In this document: one piece after another, positions 57,685 through 64,000 of the stretch | Numbering within the stretch: position 1 is the stretch's first letter | Layout of the letters: each line of letters starts with the position of its first letter | DNA from: Candidatus Campbellbacteria bacterium | Lineage (GTDB): Bacteria > Patescibacteriota > Minisyncoccia > Phycocordibacterales > JAXHMZ01 | Assembly (NCBI GenBank): GCA_034521025.1 | Contig: JAXHMZ010000003.1 | Location: 79,726 to 143,725 of the forward strand | DNA length: 64,000 nt | Direction: 5' to 3' | Notes under the pieces: model-generated | Told to the model about the DNA's origin: nothing | The model's database searches: none | The model's input: only the letters and a program-made list of their open reading frames with translations | Program-made: the position numbers and the translations under genes

Positions 57685-58446
57685 TTATCCCCTTCCCTCC
57701 TTTTGATGTAGTGTTTTAACCACATTCTCAACGACTTCTTTCATTTCTCTAAAATCTTTGTAGTTCCACCATTCTTCACGCTCCTCACCAAACAAAACAT
57801 TGCTTACACTAAACACAATAAGATATGGTTCTTTCACATACGATGTACTATCCTCTACTCTAACTAGATACGTTGTAGTTAAATAAGAAGCATCACCCAC
57901 GCCCGTTTTATATATTGGGTCGCCATTGTCAGTATATCCGAATTCATTAGCTATACATTCTTTATACTCATTTACCGCATAGTCTATTTTATACCAACGA
58001 TCTGAAAGTCCTTCGTATACAACACCACCGCCCAAACCTCCGCTATTATAGATGTCACGACTTAATCTATGGACTCTGACAGTAAAGGCATTGTAAGGTC
58101 TATCTTTTTTATCTCTTTTCAATATCACGCGATGGTAAGAACTGTGGTCGCTGTTTACAGTCTCAAATTCCGCACTTGACGGAATTTGTACATTATAAGA
58201 ATTACCCAATGATACGAGACGGCTTTCATCGCTGACATCAGAGCCGTTGTCAGCAATACTTTCTTCTGAGTTAAAGCAGTAATTCTTCTTGCCGTCGTCA
58301 TCTCCTGCTTCTTCTTTATTAGATTCAGCAACCTCTTTTTCAGCAGAAGGAGTAGGCGGTTTATCGTCATTATGAGATCCCGCAAAAAACGCTAAGGTCC
58401 CAACCACAACAAGAGTAACTAATAAAACCGGCAAAAAATATTTCAT
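57685..58446 (-). CDS. secreted hypothetical protein
   Basis: 253 aa; N-terminal signal/TM; no recognisable domain. Confidence 0.5.
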   Translation of the reverse strand: MKYFLPVLLVTLVVVGTLAFFAGSHNDDKPPTPSAEKEVAESNKEEAGDDDGKKNYCFNSEESIADNGSDVSDESRLVSLGNSYNVQIPSSAEFETVNSDHSSYHRVILKRDKKDRPYNAFTVRVHRLSRDIYNSGGLGGGVVYEGLSDRWYKIDYAVNEYKECIANEFGYTDNGDPIYKTGVGDASYLTTTYLVRVEDSTSYVKEPYLIVFSVSNVLFGEEREEWWNYKDFREMKEVVENVVKTLHQKEGRG

Positions 58447-58635
58447 GAACGAAAAATACCATTATAATAAAGTACTGTCAAGGTAAATCGGGAGCTCTTT
58501 GTTGTTTCCGTGATTCGTTCGATTGCGTCATTCTAAGAGTCTTACCAAAGATCTGATTAATTGATATAGACGTTGAGGTCAAGTAATTGAACCCCGGAAT
58601 TTTCCGGGGTTCTTGTGAATCTGACTCTTAGCTGT

Positions 58636-58842
58636 CTACAGCCTGCTTTCGGCGATCTGTTCCGGACGTATCTCTTCATTGTTTACAAGCGAAAAACAAA
58701 TACGCCCCACAAATTCACCTCCCAAAACAATTTCAACAGTTACAGCCGCTCCGATTATGTCAACCTCTCCTAGGTAAAATCCTTCAAGCAACGTACGATC
58801 ATTCAATCTGACAGGGGGAGCTTTTTCTAAAAACATAACCAC
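58636..58842 (-). CDS. small TOBE/Mop-like (molybdate-binding-domain-like) protein
   Basis: 68 aa; pattern R.N.L.G...VDIIGAAVTVEIVLGGEFVGRI resembles Mop domain; weak. Confidence 0.35.
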   Translation of the reverse strand: MVMFLEKAPPVRLNDRTLLEGFYLGEVDIIGAAVTVEIVLGGEFVGRICFSLVNNEEIRPEQIAESRL

Positions 58843-58909
58843 TCCTCTCTAAGGAGAGATTCTCACCTGCCCATCTATTTGTCAAATCTATAAACGTTTT
58901 GGTTTATTT

Positions 58910-59500
58910 CTAGTTAGAGCCCTGCGAGTCAAATATCTCGCCAAGAGGAGTACCGTTTACAAATATCTCAGCGCTTTCTACAGTAGAAAATTGAAGTACG
59001 GTTTGTCTGATCTGTTCTTCAAAACGAGGATCGTCACAAACTCCACCCACACTTACATCGCCTTCTATATACACAGTAGCGACTCCGTCTTTAACTGACG
59101 CGCTTTCAACGCCCAAATCGGAATTATCAAGCGCATTATAGTATCCTTCATACTCATCTCCTGTAATTGAAAACAATTCGCCCAAAGCTGCTCTTAGCAC
59201 TCCGGCTGTAGGCTCTATGTCACGACTAATTGCGACCATCTCGTCACCACAACCAATTCCTTCGCCTTCAACTGCCGCTTCAACGTCAACCAAAAAGATA
59301 TCTACAGAGTCTGACAAACTCTCATCTTCGTCCTCCGGGTCGTCCGTGTCGTTATCTACCACGCTATCTTCTTGTTCTTCGGAATTGTTAACACCATTTA
59401 CCGGCGTGTCTGTGTCTTGGCTCAAATTAGCTATAACAAACACTAGAAGCGCGATTGCCACTATTCCTATAATGATTGTAATTATTTTATTCATATTCAA
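58910..59500 (-). CDS. secreted hypothetical protein with acidic region
   Basis: 196 aa; signal/TM anchor, D/E-rich linker, C-terminal domain with two Cys. Confidence 0.5.
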   Translation of the reverse strand: MNMNKIITIIIGIVAIALLVFVIANLSQDTDTPVNGVNNSEEQEDSVVDNDTDDPEDEDESLSDSVDIFLVDVEAAVEGEGIGCGDEMVAISRDIEPTAGVLRAALGELFSITGDEYEGYYNALDNSDLGVESASVKDGVATVYIEGDVSVGGVCDDPRFEEQIRQTVLQFSTVESAEIFVNGTPLGEIFDSQGSN

Positions 59501-59511
59501 AGCTATGGTTA

Positions 59512-60423
59512 TTATTTCTGCTTACGATTGTAACGCCATCTTTCGATCGTTATCAATAGCGGACTGGCAAAAAAGATAGAAGAATAGGTCCCGGCTATTA
59601 CACCAACCAAAAGGGTAAGTGCAAAAATTTGTGTGGTTGAGCCGCCAAATACATAAAGGGATAGAAGCGCCAAGCTCGTAGTAAGAGAAGTATTTATCGA
59701 ACGAGTGATCGTCTGGTCTATTGAATGTCCGATCGTTGTTTCAAAGTCTTCCTCGTTATTCTTCTCTTCATTTCGACGCAAGTTTTCCCTAATGCGATCA
59801 AAGACAACGATCGTATCGTTTACCGAGTAACCCAAAATAGTCAAAAGCGCTACCACAAAAAGCGAATCTACTTCGGCGCCAGCCACCACACCAAGTATAG
59901 TAAACACACCGGTCGTGACTGTTATGTCATGAATTAAGGTGGCTATTGTAGCACCTCCGTACATCCAAGACGAAATAGGTTTTGAGACATGCCGGAAGGC
60001 AAAAGCCACGAACAGAACAATAAGCACAACCACTATACTTATCGCAATTATAGATTTTTGCCGTAATTCAGACCCGATAGTCGGACCAACCGAACTTTCT
60101 CTGTCGATAGTAACTCCCTCAATCGATGTAAGAGCGTTCGTAACGCCCGCGTGTATATCCTCGTCCAAGAAAGGCGTGCGAATCACAAATCCACTATCAC
60201 CGAACTCTTGGACCATCGCTCTGTCTTCAGGCAAATTCTCCGAGACAGCCTCCGTTATCGTCTCCTTTTCTACCTCATTACCCTCCACCGATACTTCTAT
60301 TATAGAACCACCTGTAAATTCAACGCTAAATCTCAATCCAAAGATCAAAACGGAAAGCAATGAAAGGACTACCAGTGTAAGGCCAATTCCTAGAAAAATT
60401 TTTCTGTTGCGTGCTATAAACAT
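59512..60423 (-). CDS. secF: protein-export membrane protein SecF
   Basis: 303 aa; VEFTGG motif, 6 TM, SecD/SecF C-terminal domain. Confidence 0.85.
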   Translation of the reverse strand: MFIARNRKIFLGIGLTLVVLSLLSVLIFGLRFSVEFTGGSIIEVSVEGNEVEKETITEAVSENLPEDRAMVQEFGDSGFVIRTPFLDEDIHAGVTNALTSIEGVTIDRESSVGPTIGSELRQKSIIAISIVVVLIVLFVAFAFRHVSKPISSWMYGGATIATLIHDITVTTGVFTILGVVAGAEVDSLFVVALLTILGYSVNDTIVVFDRIRENLRRNEEKNNEEDFETTIGHSIDQTITRSINTSLTTSLALLSLYVFGGSTTQIFALTLLVGVIAGTYSSIFFASPLLITIERWRYNRKQK

Positions 60424-60458
60424 ATTATTTTGAAAATCCTGAAGCGAACATTTTACGT

Positions 60459-60992
60459 TTAGACTCGCTGTGCTTTTCTGAAGAAACGGCGTAAAGGAAT
60501 GTCTTTGTAACTACCAAGAGCTGAGATCATAGAGACCAGAACACCAATACCGAACACAAGAGCAAACCCCTGTACGATCGAGCTTCCAAAGTAGAAGAGC
60601 ACAACCGCCGAGATCAAAGAAGACAAATTAGCGTCTCGAACTGCCGGCCATGCTCTGTCAAAGCCATCCTGAATCGCACCTAAGCTCCCCTTTCCACTCT
60701 GAAGCTCTTCTTTGATGCGTTCAAAAATGATCACGTTGGCATCCACCGCCATACCCACGGAAAGTATGAAAGCGGCAATTCCGGAAGCGGTTAAAGTTAC
60801 AGGAATGAGTTTGAAAAGCGAAAGCATGACCAATGTATAGAACACAAGAGCAACCGCCGCTACTATCCCGGGTAACCTATACCACACGATCATAAATCCG
60901 AGTATCAGAGCAAACCCTATAATACCCGCGGAAACTCCGTCATCCAGAACCTGTTGGCCGAGAATTGGCCCCACGGAATTAGTAGAAACCAA
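60459..60992 (-). CDS. secD: SecD, C-terminal TM domain (fragment 3 of 3)
   Basis: 177 aa; SecD/F TM bundle; TTG start of ORF track; in frame +1 relative to middle fragment. Confidence 0.8.
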   Translation of the reverse strand: MVSTNSVGPILGQQVLDDGVSAGIIGFALILGFMIVWYRLPGIVAAVALVFYTLVMLSLFKLIPVTLTASGIAAFILSVGMAVDANVIIFERIKEELQSGKGSLGAIQDGFDRAWPAVRDANLSSLISAVVLFYFGSSIVQGFALVFGIGVLVSMISALGSYKDIPLRRFFRKAQRV

Positions 60993-61026
60993 CTCAATCG
61001 GAACCGGAAGCGCTCCAAAACTCAGA

Positions 61027-61551
61027 TCACGCGCGCAACTTTCTCGCTTCTTCGGGAGTAAACTGCCCGGAGATCACCGCCTCGCCGGTTGGTATCTCCT
61101 CTCTTATGACAGGAGTTGAGATAACTTCTCCATCAAGAAATATTGCCAAAACCTCCCCGACGTTATCACGAGTGATCTCAGCGAAAAGATCCCTTCCTTC
61201 ACTATTAAACCTAATGTTAACTATAGGCTCACCGGTTGTCTGGTCGAACTGAACAGAAGCACTTTTGACGTAGCGTCCTGTGAGTTCGGTCTTCTCGTAA
61301 AGATCCTCGGGTGATAATTCAAGCTCGGCTGTGGTTCCGTTTTGGCTTCCTTCAGAGCTCTCGCCTTCAGTTGTCTCTCCCTCGGAGTTACCTTCATTTA
61401 TATTAAGGCCTTCCAGTTGAGACTGATCAATTTCAAGTTCGCTTTCGTCTTTTCTCAACCGAAATTCCAAAACCGGAGTTTCGCCTATCATAGCGATAGC
61501 TTCATTGATATCCGTCACTCCGGGCAAGTTCAACAATGAGCCTGTTCTCAC
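61027..61551 (-). CDS. secD: SecD, periplasmic domain (fragment 2 of 3)
   Basis: 174 aa; LPGVTDINEA..., LAIFLDGEVISTPVI...ISGQFTPEEARKLRA typical SecD P1 head/base. Confidence 0.8.
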   Translation of the reverse strand: MRTGSLLNLPGVTDINEAIAMIGETPVLEFRLRKDESELEIDQSQLEGLNINEGNSEGETTEGESSEGSQNGTTAELELSPEDLYEKTELTGRYVKSASVQFDQTTGEPIVNIRFNSEGRDLFAEITRDNVGEVLAIFLDGEVISTPVIREEIPTGEAVISGQFTPEEARKLRA

Positions 61552-61864
61552 CTCCGGCTAATCCTCCCTTCTCCACTTGTACACGTGGCTCGGAAACACC
61601 AAAAAGATTGACACGACGCTCAATAACGTCGCGCAGTGCCGACATAGAGGCCTCTACTTCTTCCGGAGCTACCTCGGATGTATCCGCGTTATATATAAGT
61701 TGCGTTCCGCCGGATAGATCAAGTCCGTATTTGAAAGCAAATCCCGAAAAGCGAGAATCTTCTTTTTCAGAAAGCACAACAAAGGCCCCCAGGAGTATTC
61801 CGATCAGTACTATCACTACAGATACAATTCTCGCGTTTCTCATCATAGCGGCTACATTATACAT
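61502..61864 (-). CDS. secD: SecD, N-terminal TM1 and start of periplasmic domain (fragment 1 of 3)
   Basis: 120 aa; TM helix then GLDLSGGTQLIY and GGENRLIVEL. Confidence 0.8.
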   Translation of the reverse strand: MYNVAAMMRNARIVSVVIVLIGILLGAFVVLSEKEDSRFSGFAFKYGLDLSGGTQLIYNADTSEVAPEEVEASMSALRDVIERRVNLFGVSEPRVQVEKGGLAGGENRLIVELARSDGYQ

Positions 61865-62432
61865 TTGTTTTATCGTCTGACAAGGTGTCCTTATTATATC
61901 TCCTTAAATATTTTAGAAACTTGTCATGAAAGAGTTCTCTGTACACGTAGGCAAATAGAGCGCCGATTATAAATCCGGCAATTATATCAACAGGCCAGTG
62001 GACTCCAGCAACTACCCGCGCTATTGCTATCAAAACAGCGATGGCGAACAAAAAGCCACCCAATTTTTTGTTGTAGTACAAAGCAGCAATTGCGAGCGCT
62101 CCATAGGTAGCCGCGTGCCCTGACGGAAACGCGTCCGCCCCACCGTGCTCAAATAGAACCGTTATTTCATCAAAAAACAACGGCGGGCGCTCTGTCAGAA
62201 ATAGTCTTTTTAAAACTTGCGTATATACAAAGGCCGCGGTTGCCGGAGCGAAAATAGCGATAAAAGGATAGACAAATTTTCTCCCTTCTATGTACAACAA
62301 ATACAGCAGTACGCCGATCGCAAGCGTTAATCCGGCTCCTTCAGAAAGAAACAGAAAAATAGCGTCAAGGATCTCGCCCTTCCCCGCAAGAGTATTAAGT
62401 AATAAGAATAGTTGTATATTTAGCTCACTCAT
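61857..62432 (-). CDS. PAP2-family phosphatase (undecaprenyl-diphosphatase-like)
   Basis: 191 aa; KRLFLTERP, PSGHAATY, ARVVAGVHWPVD motifs. Confidence 0.8.
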   Translation of the reverse strand: MSELNIQLFLLLNTLAGKGEILDAIFLFLSEGAGLTLAIGVLLYLLYIEGRKFVYPFIAIFAPATAAFVYTQVLKRLFLTERPPLFFDEITVLFEHGGADAFPSGHAATYGALAIAALYYNKKLGGFLFAIAVLIAIARVVAGVHWPVDIIAGFIIGALFAYVYRELFHDKFLKYLRRYNKDTLSDDKTNV

Positions 62433-62722
62433 TGCCCTTTATTATTCTCTTCAATAGACTTGGCAACATTTTCAAAAAGCTTGATTACCGTTATCGGACC
62501 GACTCCTCCCGGCACAGGTGTAACCAAAGAAGCTTTTTCATAGACCTGCCTATCTACATCCCCTGACACTTCACCGGCAGACTCACTGGTCCCGGCATCT
62601 ATCAATACAACTCCCTCTTTGACCATATCCTTATCAATGAGACCAGCCTTGCCGACTCCGGTAACGATCAGATCAAACTCTCTGAGGCGATTCAGGTCCG
62701 AGTCGACTGTCAAACATCTCAA
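62429..62722 (-). CDS. folD: FolD, C-terminal part (fragment)
   Basis: 97 aa; LIVTGVGKAGLI, TPVPGGVGPITV. Confidence 0.8.
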   Translation of the reverse strand: MRCLTVDSDLNRLREFDLIVTGVGKAGLIDKDMVKEGVVLIDAGTSESAGEVSGDVDRQVYEKASLVTPVPGGVGPITVIKLFENVAKSIEENNKGQ

Positions 62723-63255
62723 ATGCTGCGCCTTTGTTCTCCAGCAAAAGAGAAGACTGGCTTCCCTACCAAATTTCCATAACCAACAATGGCTATTTTT
62801 TTATCTAGAAGGTCTATATTATTGCGCGACAAGATCTCTTCCACCGCTGCTGCTACCGGTGGCACGAACACATTTTCATTTTTCCGGTAAAGCTCGAGCG
62901 CGTTCGGAGAAAGACAGTCAATATCTTTTTCCTTTGGCACAATATCCAAAAATGTTTCCCGATTAAAGTACGAAGGCAGAGGCAGCTGCACCACTACCCC
63001 GTCAGATCTTCCGACTACGAGAGACTGTAGGATCTTTTCAGCAACTGATTCTATAGTGTTTTCGGGTAATTCATGAATATGAAGATCAACTCCAATTCTC
63101 TTTGCCACTCGTCTTTTGATGTTCAAAAAAGACCTGGTGGAAGGATCCTCACCAAAACTAAGAAAATCAATGTGCGGTTCTTTGTCGTACGCGGCGAAAG
63201 TTTTCTTTAGTTTACTCTCTATATCTCGCGCGATTTTTCTACCATCTACTATCAT
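62719..63255 (-). CDS. folD: FolD (methylenetetrahydrofolate dehydrogenase/cyclohydrolase), N-terminal and NAD(P) part (fragment)
   Basis: 178 aa; MIVDGRKIA..., IAIVGYGNLVGKPV. Confidence 0.85.
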   Translation of the reverse strand: MIVDGRKIARDIESKLKKTFAAYDKEPHIDFLSFGEDPSTRSFLNIKRRVAKRIGVDLHIHELPENTIESVAEKILQSLVVGRSDGVVVQLPLPSYFNRETFLDIVPKEKDIDCLSPNALELYRKNENVFVPPVAAAVEEILSRNNIDLLDKKIAIVGYGNLVGKPVFSFAGEQRRSI

Positions 63256-63335
63256 ATAAGAATATCTGCTATCTTATTGCCTATTTCCCTAAAATCACTC
63301 TCGTCCTTTCCTCTGGTAGTTTCCGCCGCGGTTCC

Positions 63336-64000
63336 TCAGCCGAATTCCGGAAGGCTCTGCGGACTTCTTTCATCAAAAGGTATAGTGTTTTTGTTCGTAA
63401 CGATTCCTTCCACCTCCAATTTCTCCGCTGCCTCATCACCCGAAACTCCTTTTCCTTCCTGCCAAGTATCAACGAGCAAGAGGTGCGTGTCTGTGCCTCC
63501 TGAAACCAAACGCAATCCTCTTTCGCTTAGCGTGTCCGCGAGTGCCTTTGCGTTTTTAGCCACGTCTTCGGCGTAAGTCTTGAATTCAGGCTTTAGTGCT
63601 TCAGTAAAGGCTACTGCCATAGCCGCTATCTTATTCATATGAGGCCCGCCTTGGATCCCGGGGAAAACCGCTTTGTCTATTTTCGCGGCATATTCCGGAG
63701 AAGAAAATATTATCGCGCCACGCGGACCGCGAAGAGTTTTGTGGGTGGTGGTCATCACGGTATCGGCAACCGAAAAAGGCGATTGATGAACACCACCTAC
63801 GACCAATCCGGCAATATGTGAAATGTCCGCGTGCAGATAAGCCCCGACAGAATCGGCTATCTCTCGCAACTTCCTAAAATCTACCTCGCGCGGATAAGCG
63901 GTAAAACCGGCAACTATCATCTTGGGTTTCGTCTCTACAGCGATCTTTTTTAGCTCGTCATAATCGATCATCTCTGTATCTCGCGATACTCCGAATTTCT
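63336..64000 (-). CDS. glyA: serine hydroxymethyltransferase, C-terminal about two-thirds (5-prime end beyond window)
   Basis: TTTHKTLRGPRG (PLP lysine region); frame stays open upstream to window edge (…KFGVSRDTEMIDYDEL…). Confidence 0.9.
   Translation of the reverse strand, partial: KFGVSRDTEMIDYDELKKIAVETKPKMIVAGFTAYPREVDFRKLREIADSVGAYLHADISHIAGLVVGGVHQSPFSVADTVMTTTHKTLRGPRGAIIFSSPEYAAKIDKAVFPGIQGGPHMNKIAAMAVAFTEALKPEFKTYAEDVAKNAKALADTLSERGLRLVSGGTDTHLLLVDTWQEGKGVSGDEAAEKLEVEGIVTNKNTIPFDERSPQSLPEFG

Noticed and set aside
59939-60433. 164-aa plus-strand ORF
   Set aside because: Antisense to secF.

Overview
The window is a gene-dense, roughly 40% GC segment with almost all genes on the minus strand. 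Its content fits a reduced-genome bacterium, most likely of the Patescibacteria/CPR type. The 16S rRNA is highly divergent, proteins are small, and housekeeping genes lack Shine-Dalgarno (SD) sequences.

Housekeeping content:
- Cell-wall and division genes: murD-murC-rsmI, scpA-scpB-dac-mraY-ftsW-murG-gltX-M23 peptidase, and murB.
- Translation genes: cysS, gltX, aspS, trpS, prfA, gatB, obg, L9, L27, L31, L25.
- Secretion genes: secA, secD, secF.
- Pentose-phosphate and glycolysis genes: split transketolase, rpe, rpiB, gap.
- folD, glyA, a dnaB fragment, and a 16S rRNA followed by tRNA-Ile(GAU).

Unusual items:
1. The 16S 3-prime end appears to lack the CCUCC anti-SD. Several apparently foreign or GC-shifted accessory genes nonetheless carry strong SDs.
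2. A T-box leader (AGGUGGUACCGCGG plus terminator) lies upstream of aspS.
3. The tRNA-Ile is followed by tandem partial copies of its own 3-prime half and 48-nt direct repeats.
4. Small protein genes with their own promoter and terminator sit between the 16S and the tRNA.
5. A roughly 55% GC island at about 19.86-22.4 kb carries a hypothetical gene and a frameshifted ABC exporter.
6. A two-gene cassette at 51.7-52.6 kb is flanked by terminators and could be a toxin-antitoxin or defence module.
7. A 43-nt duplication of the murD start flanks a structured 146-nt segment.
8. A secreted lamin-tail-domain (LTD) protein, a TraD/VirD4-like ATPase and a DUF4015-like gene sit inside the mur operon.
9. 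Two coiled-coil peptidoglycan hydrolases (M23 and SLT) are present.
10. A pair of paralogous Cys-rich small proteins is present.

Single-nucleotide frameshifts interrupt ctp, the ABC exporter, trpS (two sites), secD (two sites) and folD (two sites). Because trpS and secD are essential, sequencing or assembly indels are the most likely cause; pseudogenisation is the alternative. The standard genetic code applies (TGA is used as a stop), no CRISPR array is present, and the 16S has no intron.
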